Sequence record: SRR20825019_2782
Length of the DNA: 56,072 nucleotides
Direction: 5' to 3' (one strand)
The stretch's first letter is position 1. Each line of letters begins with the position of its first letter. A model generated the notes under the pieces. That model ran no database searches and was not told the DNA's origin. It worked only from the letters and a program-made list of their open reading frames with translations. Both the position numbers and the translations under genes were made by a program. Shown one piece after another: positions 28,047 through 36,431 of this stretch.

Positions 28047-29555
28047 TCATGCCCTCAACATCTTCATCAATTCCTCATGATTGATCTTTCCATGATGTCG
28101 TCTGTCTAAGGGGATTTTTTTGAAGATCAACCTGAACGGGAAATCAAATTTTGTGTTTAATTCCGCGCGAACCTCTTCACGTTTTGCGCTATTTTCTAAT
28201 TCAATAATGATTAAAATCTCTTGTTCTCGTTTGATAATTGTCCCTCGAAGGACATTTTCTATTTGTTGAAGCTCATACTCAAACAAGAAAGGATAGATAA
28301 TTTGTCCGTTAACCTCAATGGCTTGCGTGCTTCTTCCAACCAAATACAACTGACCATTTGCATCCAAATATCCGCTATCTCCAGTGCGGTGATAAATCTT
28401 GTCTTGAGACCAAATCTTCGCGCGGAGTAATGCCTCTGGATTATTGAAATAAGACGTCAATACATGGTTTCCTGCGACGATGATTTCTCCAATTTCACCA
28501 TTATTGCAGGTTTCCAACGTTTCATTTTCTTCCAACTGAATTGCTTCGTCGCGGAAAGGAATAATTTTCACCTCCGCTGATTGATCAGGAAATCCAACGA
28601 GTAATCCTTTTTGTTTTCCTTCCGCAGAAATTAAATCGTTCACAGGAACTGCGGAAATGGGCTCCGCTTCCGTTGAGCCATAAATAATCTCCACTTTTGC
28701 TTCTGGAAATGCTTCTGCATAGCGCTTTGCTTCCTTCGGAAAAACGGGTGCTCCACCTGTGTAAATGGTCTTCAAAGAATTTACTGATTGCTTCGCTGAA
28801 ATAGAATAATTTGCAAGTACATTCACAAAAGAAGGAGACGAAATCAATTGGTTGACTTGATACTTCTTCATCAGTTCAAACACATCTTCGGGTTTAATGG
28901 AACTCAGTTTTGTTGATTTGTAGCGATAAATCACAGAAGTTGATCCAACGCCCAAATTGATGAAAAGAACAATGGGAAGAACTGGCATCACAACATCCGT
29001 GGAAGAAGGATTTATCTTCGTCCGAATTGCTTCAAATTGAGCGATCAAAAAGGCATGTGTTCTATTCGCCGCTTTTGGTGTTCCCGTACTTCCAGTTGTG
29101 AATGTGATTAAAGCAGAATGATCCAAGGAAGGATTAAACAATGAAAAATCTTTGTCAGCACGAAACGAATGCTTGATCTTAAGTCGAATTGGAATGGCTC
29201 GCAATTCTTTCGAGAAAAAACGTAAAACATGTGCTTTGGTAATGCCTATAAATCCGCGACAGTTTGCAATTTCGCAGCACATTTCCATTCTTTTTTTACT
29301 TACCCATTCGTCTAAAAAAACCGCCGTTGCTCCCATGCTAAAAAGCGCGAGCACTACTCTGTATAAATCAACGGACATTGGAATAAACACTAATACTCGA
29401 TCACTAGGGCGAATTCCCTTTGCTTCAAAATAGCGCACGGTTGCAATTACGTCTTGCTTTAAGTCAGCGTAAGAAATGGATTCATTATCCGCCACAATTG
29501 CTGTGTTGTCTGGATAATTTACCGCTGCGTTAAAGAAGTGTTGAACACAATTCAT
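28047..29555 (-). CDS. AMP-forming (ANL superfamily) ligase, OleC-like
   Basis: FTTGSTGTPK, GGAP, YGSTEAEP, HRTGDSG, and C-terminal DRRHHGKI (OleC-like D-x-RH-x-x-KI). Confidence 0.88.
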   Translation of the reverse strand: MNCVQHFFNAAVNYPDNTAIVADNESISYADLKQDVIATVRYFEAKGIRPSDRVLVFIPMSVDLYRVVLALFSMGATAVFLDEWVSKKRMEMCCEIANCRGFIGITKAHVLRFFSKELRAIPIRLKIKHSFRADKDFSLFNPSLDHSALITFTTGSTGTPKAANRTHAFLIAQFEAIRTKINPSSTDVVMPVLPIVLFINLGVGSTSVIYRYKSTKLSSIKPEDVFELMKKYQVNQLISSPSFVNVLANYSISAKQSVNSLKTIYTGGAPVFPKEAKRYAEAFPEAKVEIIYGSTEAEPISAVPVNDLISAEGKQKGLLVGFPDQSAEVKIIPFRDEAIQLEENETLETCNNGEIGEIIVAGNHVLTSYFNNPEALLRAKIWSQDKIYHRTGDSGYLDANGQLYLVGRSTQAIEVNGQIIYPFLFEYELQQIENVLRGTIIKREQEILIIIELENSAKREEVRAELNTKFDFPFRLIFKKIPLDRRHHGKINHEELMKMLRA

Positions 29556-30136
29556 TCCTTCGATTTTGATTCGATTTCCATTTTGATATTCTTTAAATTT
29601 TTCTCGAAAATCTTCTTAATCTTGAATGATGCGATGTGCATCCAGAATTGATTCCAATAGCTATCGTTTTCGGAATTAAAATAAAGTACCAATGATAGGC
29701 GTGTTGAATTTGAATTTACCTTTTCATAGCGTTGCTCTGTCTGCAATCCTTCTGCGGAAAGCGACATTTCATGGATATTGTAAATGGCTAGGGTTCTTAA
29801 TTGATTCTTTTTTACCTCCAAGATCCTTTCGTCCCAACGTGCGCCTTTCTCATTTGCTTTAACGAAAACACGTCGTTCCGAATTTACTGATCCATCCTCA
29901 AATTTCTCCTCATTTATTGGAGTAATATGATCAACATATCCAGACCAATCAGATGCGTATGATGAATTTCCCATGTATTCAAATACAACGTCGATGGGTG
30001 CCGCAAGATCTATGGTCGCTTCCACTGTTCGGAAATCATTGGTGTGTTTTTTATATGGACTGATTATCACTAAAATGATCCCCGCTAACGTTAAAATGGC
30101 AATCACATAAAGCGCTATTTTCTTCACTCTTTTCAT
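29552..30136 (-). CDS. Membrane-anchored SRPBCC/START-like protein
   Basis: N-terminal TM; IDLAAPIDVVFEY...W pattern; C-terminal helix LKNIKMEIE. Confidence 0.75.
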   Translation of the reverse strand: MKRVKKIALYVIAILTLAGIILVIISPYKKHTNDFRTVEATIDLAAPIDVVFEYMGNSSYASDWSGYVDHITPINEEKFEDGSVNSERRVFVKANEKGARWDERILEVKKNQLRTLAIYNIHEMSLSAEGLQTEQRYEKVNSNSTRLSLVLYFNSENDSYWNQFWMHIASFKIKKIFEKNLKNIKMEIESKSKE

Positions 30137-31134
30137 CTCTGGGTGACATTTTTGTTCAATAAAACGTATGTGCGAATTTTCTCTCCGTTAAATCGTTGAC
30201 TCAAATTTTTGGAAATATTGCCTTCGTGCATAAATGCGTGGATCACGGAAGTTACATTATTTTCACGTGCTTTTTTCATAAAGCGATTTCCTAAGAGTGT
30301 TCCCAGACCATTCATCCGAAACGAAGGATGTTTGGCGATTGTTTTTACAATCAATTCATTCTCTGTTGGATTTAGTTTATTTTCAAAAGCGAACAAAAAA
30401 CCAACGCATTCATTGTTTTCATTTTCTGCCAACCAAATATAGTCTTCGTTCAGCCACGTTTTCAACGGAGCATAGCTTGCAATGAATTGTTCTTCAGAAA
30501 TCTCCGAGTAAAGCACATTTTGACGAAACGCTAGCATACAGAGATCGTAAATCTTGCTCAATTCCGACTCAAATTTATTCAGATTAATCATCCGCAAGCG
30601 AATTTTTAGTTCTTCAAAATGACGTTCCAATTTCACCAAACGTTCATCGTTCGCCTCTAGCACTATGTCTTTGTAGGAATAGTACGACTGAAAAACCTGA
30701 AAATTGTTGTCAAGCCAAATTCTTGGGTAATAACTCGGATGAGGCGTCTCACTCAAAAACGGAATTCCCTGTTCTTGGATAATAAATCGATGCTCATTCC
30801 ACGTTGAGCCGTTCATTGGACCGATTAATTGATCAGTCTTCCGTTCTTTTGCATCTTCCTCGATTGCCAAAAACAATGAACTACAGTCACATTCCAACGC
30901 TTCAAAACTTCCAATGAGGAGAGTCTTTTCTTCGTCATTCGACAACGTGGGATTTTCATACATCGTTGCCGTTGCTATCACCGCACCGTTTTCAAAAAGG
31001 AAATAGCTGTTCTGCTGGTATTCTTCGAATCGCGGTAATTTATCTTGGCGCTCTACTCCATAAACTTTCTTCGTGAGCTCCAAAAACAATTCTGTCGGGA
31101 ATGCTGAATTTGAATATGTTTTTACGTTCAGCAT
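30133..31134 (-). CDS. GNAT-fold acyltransferase (two-domain, YghO-like)
   Basis: IGSFEA, LIGPMNGSTW, and C-terminal acyl-CoA motif HPSFRMNGLG...HAFMH. Confidence 0.7.
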   Translation of the reverse strand: MLNVKTYSNSAFPTELFLELTKKVYGVERQDKLPRFEEYQQNSYFLFENGAVIATATMYENPTLSNDEEKTLLIGSFEALECDCSSLFLAIEEDAKERKTDQLIGPMNGSTWNEHRFIIQEQGIPFLSETPHPSYYPRIWLDNNFQVFQSYYSYKDIVLEANDERLVKLERHFEELKIRLRMINLNKFESELSKIYDLCMLAFRQNVLYSEISEEQFIASYAPLKTWLNEDYIWLAENENNECVGFLFAFENKLNPTENELIVKTIAKHPSFRMNGLGTLLGNRFMKKARENNVTSVIHAFMHEGNISKNLSQRFNGEKIRTYVLLNKNVTQR

Positions 31135-31138
31135 TTCT

Positions 31139-31840
31139 TTAGAACGAAAAAAGAATTAGACAACCATAAACAGCGCTCGCTCCGATCAATGGAATGAATA
31201 AATTATCCAATCCGTTTCGACTAACCGCTTCCGAAATTGTCGTTAGCACTGCGATAATTAAACCACAGATCAACACTAAATGCAACGGAAAAACGATTTG
31301 AAAAGCATAAAAAGCACCGATTGAAATGCACAAAGCACTTCCAAAAAAAGCCAATGACCCAGCTACTGTTTTCGTTCCTTGACCAACTCGAAATGGAATC
31401 CAACTCCATTTTTTACCGATCAATGCTGCCAAGGGATCTGAAATCGCTAAAATCAATAATGGAAGATAATAGATTAAATATCCACCATAGAAATTGCTTT
31501 GTTTTCCGTACCAACTTTGAATTAAAAAACAACTGTAAACTGCCAATGGATAGCACAAACTTCCATAGGATTTCCGATCGATCGCGTTGATTGATTTGAG
31601 TAAGTTAAATTTTAAACTGAGGATTAAAATAATGGCAAAAGTCGCACATAGAGCTAATACAAACCAGTGATTGGTGAGAAGAACGGGAAAAAGTAAACTT
31701 AAGATTCCCGTGCCGAAATGAACCAGTTTTCGGGTCAATTCTGACTTTACTTTAAAAAAGTGATACAATACTTCAGCAACAGCGAATAGTCCTAAAAAAG
31801 CACCCGAAAGCAAAAGAGAACGAAAAATATCTTGACTCAT
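31139..31840 (-). CDS. CTP-dependent polyprenol/dolichol/phytol kinase-like membrane protein
   Basis: TRKLVH, SYGSLCYP, SDPLAALIG, KTVAGS, GLDNLFIP motifs; multi-TM. Confidence 0.82.
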   Translation of the reverse strand: MSQDIFRSLLLSGAFLGLFAVAEVLYHFFKVKSELTRKLVHFGTGILSLLFPVLLTNHWFVLALCATFAIILILSLKFNLLKSINAIDRKSYGSLCYPLAVYSCFLIQSWYGKQSNFYGGYLIYYLPLLILAISDPLAALIGKKWSWIPFRVGQGTKTVAGSLAFFGSALCISIGAFYAFQIVFPLHLVLICGLIIAVLTTISEAVSRNGLDNLFIPLIGASAVYGCLILFSF

Positions 31841-32931
31841 AGAATCGCTTTATCACAATAAAATCCCTGATAGAAAAATCCTTTATCCATCGCCGACAAT
31901 TTTTCTGAAAGCGGCTGATCGTATTTAAAATGCGTTGGCAACTGAGCACTCAATCGACGAGGCACCATTAAATTCCAATAGGCTACTTTTCCATTTTCCA
32001 ACAATCCTTCGCGCAGCTCCATTCCGATGGTCGTGAAAGTTTCAGTATTCATATATTCAAAGATATCCGAAAGGTTCATTGCATCAAACTTTCCAAAGAC
32101 ACTTATTGCCTCTTCAGCAGTACCCAGAAACAATTGAATTCGCTCCAACTGCGATTGAATTAACGTATAATTCTCTTCTTGCAAATAATATGGTAAGAGC
32201 TGACCAAAACTTCCTGTTAAGTTATATCTCAGAATAAAATTGTCTTGCGCCAGCGTGCTACTCAACTGACGGGCTGCTTTATTGAAAATAAATTCACCAA
32301 CATTCAACTTCACTTCTTTCAAGAACTCTGGATCCCTTCCTTTCTTGCCCATTATCGCCTTCGAGAAAAAGATTTTGAAAAGTAACCTCCATCGCCACGT
32401 ATTCCATTTTTGATTGTAATAGTTGATTTGCTCTTCTTCGCTCTTTTTTGCCAGGAGTTCTTCTACCCTTTTCTTGGTGTGAATAAATGGAAGAATTCTC
32501 CGGCTGAACAACTGGAAATACTTCTCAAACTTTCCATTGTGAACTACCCCATTTTCAATCAAAACATGGTTTTGTTCCCAAAAAGAAAGCGTGTTGTCGC
32601 TTAATTCGTGCTTGAAACGCTCGTAGACAGACAATCGGTTCTTGCTTTCGCTGAATCCTAAAAACGCGACAGCTTCCGCTCTCGGCAAAGACCTGATTGC
32701 AGCAATTTTTAACTCAACAAGGTACAATTGGACTGGATTCAAATCGAATGCCACAACTATTTCTGGTTGAGTTGTAAGCAATGAAAAAGAATTATCTCCA
32801 GCCGAAGCAATGGACAGAATCCGCTGGTTTACGGCTAGATTCAAACCTTTCAACAACACTTCAGGATCTTCCCAGCAATTTGCGTAGCGGATAAAATCGA
32901 GCTGAACCTTTTTTGAAATATCATCTTTCAT
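31837..32931 (-). CDS. DUF3419 / BtaA-like SAM-dependent 3-amino-3-carboxypropyl transferase
   Basis: YANCWEDP, SIASAGDN, DLNPVQ, LSDIFEYM, YWN, DKGFFY motifs. Confidence 0.82.
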   Translation of the reverse strand: MKDDISKKVQLDFIRYANCWEDPEVLLKGLNLAVNQRILSIASAGDNSFSLLTTQPEIVVAFDLNPVQLYLVELKIAAIRSLPRAEAVAFLGFSESKNRLSVYERFKHELSDNTLSFWEQNHVLIENGVVHNGKFEKYFQLFSRRILPFIHTKKRVEELLAKKSEEEQINYYNQKWNTWRWRLLFKIFFSKAIMGKKGRDPEFLKEVKLNVGEFIFNKAARQLSSTLAQDNFILRYNLTGSFGQLLPYYLQEENYTLIQSQLERIQLFLGTAEEAISVFGKFDAMNLSDIFEYMNTETFTTIGMELREGLLENGKVAYWNLMVPRRLSAQLPTHFKYDQPLSEKLSAMDKGFFYQGFYCDKAIL

Positions 32932-35494
32932 CTGCCTTCGAAATTCGTTTTACAATTCCTGTTGCGCCGTCCATTTCTACGACATCACCTGTTTTTAACG
33001 TGTCAAGCAATCCCGTTATTCCGACGATGCATGGTTTTCCCATTTCTCGGGAAACAATCGCAGAATGGCTCAATAAACTTCCTCGTTCAACTAAAATTGC
33101 CGCGGCCGTCGGGAACAATGGGACCCAACCTGGATCGGTGCTAGATGTAACCAAAATTCGTCCTTCCAAATGTTCAATTTCACTTGGGTCAAGCACTACT
33201 TGAACTTCAGCTCGAACGATGCCTGCGCAACAACCAATTCCTTTTAAGTCGCCTTCTGTTAGTGACGCATTTGCGGTCTGCGAAAAATCGTTTCCTACCT
33301 GAACATTTCCATACGTAGTGATTCTTTCACTCGTTCGCATTTGTTGTTGACTATTTTGCTCTTCCTTTCGAAGAAGAATCAGGGATTTTAAATCTATGGT
33401 GACGCTTGTTCCTTTCAAAACATCGAAAATTTCTGCTTTGGTGAGGTAAAATATATCCCGTTGCTCCTCAATGAGTTGCTCTGCTGCAAACTGTCTTCCG
33501 ATTGCCAAGAAAATTTTTCGCACCATTCCAAAACCTCGCGTGCGTTCGAATCGTAGGTTTTCTCTACCACTCACTAACGTCCGAGTTTTTCTCAGTACAT
33601 AATTAAACAGCCACTTTTTGATCCATTTCCCTTTCAATTTCTTTGATACCACTGCTTCTGCATTACTTCTCAGTTCAATCGAATGATTTTCATTGATGGC
33701 GTTCACTCCCTGCTTCACATACGACTGAACAATTTTGAGAAAAGCTGCAGGATTATCGCTGTAGGTGATCGTTTCCAATTTTAGTTCACCAACACATCGA
33801 TTCCCGAACTTATTCAAGTATGCGTCAATTTCATTGCGAACTTCTATTGAAAGTTCACCCCTTCGATTTTGAATTTCTGTTGGCGAATTGTTCAAAAACA
33901 ACTCCTTCGAAACTGGATCAATTTCAATTAATTGGGCAATTTTCACGCAGCGATGCATTGGTTCTACAGAGATAATGTCTTCGCTATTGCATAGTAAATC
34001 GTTGTGTAGATTTCCGTTTTCGTCGAGCTTATACTTTTCCGTCAGCTTTTGAAGAACTCCAAAATAGACCATTGCGTAGAAGTCATTTACGAGCGGTGCT
34101 TTCCATTTTTTGAGTAAGGTTTGTTCGAAACTGACGTATAATTCCATCAATTCAAACGCGGATTTTTGATTTAAATCAATCGCTTCGTATTCTACCATTT
34201 TCATGTTAAAATCGCGCTGAAATTTTCGACTCATCTTGGGAAGCTGTCTCAAATTTTTGAGCATGATTCGAATCATGTTGAGTACCCGTAATCGCTCCGA
34301 AAATTTAGATCGTTTTGGAAGATCTTTGAGTTCAAAACGTTCTTTTACACCCATCATTTTCTCCATGAATTCAGCATTTAGGGAATAACCAGGAAGTAAC
34401 GCTAACGCTCGGTACCAACTCAATAAATTGTAGTACACTCGACCATTCAAAAGTCCCAACATGTTCTCAAAAACGGCCGAATTATCGTTAATCGTTTTTT
34501 CGTCAACGCCCATAATTCCAGCAAACTGACGATATACTGCTTCGTAGACATCACGAATGAATGAAAAAGTCAGTGGACTCGTGATTCCCGGATAAGATTC
34601 AATGATGTTGCTACTGTCCCAAATAATGCGTTCTCCACTTGAATCTGCGAGAGAAACTGTGGTAATTGGTCGGGTTTGAAGTAAATAAAGTTCATCGTTT
34701 TTGATCGCAAATTCAATGTCTTGATACGCACCGAAATGCTCGTAAAGCTTAACAAGAAGCTCTTTAATTTCAATCAATCTCAAATCAGAAATTGCTGCTT
34801 TATTTCTTAATTCGGATGGAACCTCCACATAATAAACACCTTCATTTCCCGATTTATTAAGCACCAATTTTCGATCTTTTTCTACTAATTCGCATTGAAT
34901 TTCATTCTCTCGCGATACAGTAAAACTGTCTGCATTCAGTTCACCTGAAACAAGTCCTTCACCTAAACCGTAGGTTGCATTTACTATTATTTCAGAGCGA
35001 TTTCCCGTAACCGGATTGAATCCGAACGCCACACCTGATGCGTCGGCATCAACCATTTCCTGAACGATAATCGCAATTCCGCCAGAATCACTTAGGCCAT
35101 TTGCCTTTTTATATGCCAAAATGCGCTCCGAATAGGCCGATTTCCATACCGTTTTAAGTGCATCCGAAATTGTTTCACTATTCACGTGCAACACAGATTC
35201 AAACTGACCTGCAAAAGAAAATTGTTTTCCATCTTCGGCAAGAGCGGATGAACGCACCGCAACATTCGCTTGATCGAACGGCGCAAGAAGTTCCTTTAAA
35301 AAATTAGAATCAAAGCTGTATTCGTCAATAAATTTCTGGATTTCTAAAGGATCAAGATCAGTTGGGAGTTCTCGTTCTAACTCATCAGCAGGAAGAACCA
35401 AGAAGCTTGGGATTTTCAAATACAACGATTGTAATTCGAACAAATTATTCGCTTTCCCGCCAGTGAACTCCGTTTGTTTTGTCAAGAATTTCAT
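32921..35494 (-). CDS. PEP-utilising-enzyme family phosphotransferase with RPH/PigC-type domain order
   Basis: ATP-grasp domain (GGKA, VRSSA-ED-SFAGQ, GLGEGLVSG, DIEFA-LQTRPIT); large central domain; C-terminal His-swivel TDPGW...SHSAIVSRE; no TIM barrel. Confidence 0.9.
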   Translation of the reverse strand: MKFLTKQTEFTGGKANNLFELQSLYLKIPSFLVLPADELERELPTDLDPLEIQKFIDEYSFDSNFLKELLAPFDQANVAVRSSALAEDGKQFSFAGQFESVLHVNSETISDALKTVWKSAYSERILAYKKANGLSDSGGIAIIVQEMVDADASGVAFGFNPVTGNRSEIIVNATYGLGEGLVSGELNADSFTVSRENEIQCELVEKDRKLVLNKSGNEGVYYVEVPSELRNKAAISDLRLIEIKELLVKLYEHFGAYQDIEFAIKNDELYLLQTRPITTVSLADSSGERIIWDSSNIIESYPGITSPLTFSFIRDVYEAVYRQFAGIMGVDEKTINDNSAVFENMLGLLNGRVYYNLLSWYRALALLPGYSLNAEFMEKMMGVKERFELKDLPKRSKFSERLRVLNMIRIMLKNLRQLPKMSRKFQRDFNMKMVEYEAIDLNQKSAFELMELYVSFEQTLLKKWKAPLVNDFYAMVYFGVLQKLTEKYKLDENGNLHNDLLCNSEDIISVEPMHRCVKIAQLIEIDPVSKELFLNNSPTEIQNRRGELSIEVRNEIDAYLNKFGNRCVGELKLETITYSDNPAAFLKIVQSYVKQGVNAINENHSIELRSNAEAVVSKKLKGKWIKKWLFNYVLRKTRTLVSGRENLRFERTRGFGMVRKIFLAIGRQFAAEQLIEEQRDIFYLTKAEIFDVLKGTSVTIDLKSLILLRKEEQNSQQQMRTSERITTYGNVQVGNDFSQTANASLTEGDLKGIGCCAGIVRAEVQVVLDPSEIEHLEGRILVTSSTDPGWVPLFPTAAAILVERGSLLSHSAIVSREMGKPCIVGITGLLDTLKTGDVVEMDGATGIVKRISKADER

Positions 35495-36429
35495 AGCAGG
35501 TCTAAGAATTTAAGCAGCATGGGCACGCCGCCAAGTGTCAAGTAACTTCCAATGGTCCACAAAGCGGAACTCAATTCTAGCATTTTCGCTCCTTTTTTTG
35601 AAAACGATCGAAGAAAGAAAAACGCGGGAAGCAGACAAATCACGAAGAGAATTCCGACGATTAAATAACCGACGGTGCCAAATCCAGCGTAATACGTCGC
35701 GCACAGATTACTTGCCAACGCGATGACTAATACAAACATATACAACCAACTCGCTTTTTTCATTCCCAGCGAAGTTGAATAGGTATTGTGCTCTTCGTTT
35801 TCTGGGGATTTGATTTTTCGTCCAATTTCCAACACAATTCCGTTCATATAAGAAACAATGAAGAAAAAGATGAGTCCCGTTGGAGGATCGACATTTTCCA
35901 ATTTCCAATCGAAGCCACTTGCGTAAATGTCAATGATTGGAATGATAAACATGTGAGAAGTGATGTAGAAAAATGGATTTTTTTTCAGCCAATTCCCGAT
36001 GAAAAATTCCTTTCCCATCACAATTAAGTAGAGAATCACGGAAAGGTACATCCAGAACAAACTCTGAATAAAAAGGGCGTTGACGGCAAACTGAATTATG
36101 AAAACAATCAATCCAACTATTCCTAGCTCCTTCAGGGAAATTAATCCTCTTGGAATCGGTAAATGCGAACGAAGAACCGCATCTTCATTAGCATCTTTGA
36201 ATTCGTCAAACACACGGACCAAGAAAAACAGCGTTATCGTTGTAAAAGCGCAAAGTAAAAAATCTTGAAGCGAAATAAATCCTTCTTCACCGCGACAAAT
36301 TCTCGAATAAGAAATTGCTGAAAAACTGAACGTTGCGACGAGAACCCCGTGACTCAACGGAGGGAATCGTTCTTTCAGATAAATCCAAAATCGGCGCACA
36401 AAACTCGATTGATTCTCCGTGTTTGTCAT
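35491..36429 (-). CDS. UbiA-family prenyltransferase
   Basis: About 8 TMs; first acidic motif DEFKDANED followed by LPIPRG; second motif EIGRK...E..TYS. Confidence 0.8.
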   Translation of the reverse strand: MTNTENQSSFVRRFWIYLKERFPPLSHGVLVATFSFSAISYSRICRGEEGFISLQDFLLCAFTTITLFFLVRVFDEFKDANEDAVLRSHLPIPRGLISLKELGIVGLIVFIIQFAVNALFIQSLFWMYLSVILYLIVMGKEFFIGNWLKKNPFFYITSHMFIIPIIDIYASGFDWKLENVDPPTGLIFFFIVSYMNGIVLEIGRKIKSPENEEHNTYSTSLGMKKASWLYMFVLVIALASNLCATYYAGFGTVGYLIVGILFVICLLPAFFFLRSFSKKGAKMLELSSALWTIGSYLTLGGVPMLLKFLDLL

Positions 36430-36431
36430 TA

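Noticed and set aside
28047-29555. oleABCD olefin biosynthesis cluster
   Set aside because: Only an OleC-like ligase is present; there is no OleA thiolase, OleB hydrolase or OleD reductase nearby.
32921-35494. Rifampin resistance gene (rph) or PEP synthase (ppsA)
   Set aside because: It has no PEP/pyruvate TIM barrel. The RPH-like order is shared with biosynthetic enzymes, and the gene sits inside a biosynthetic operon.
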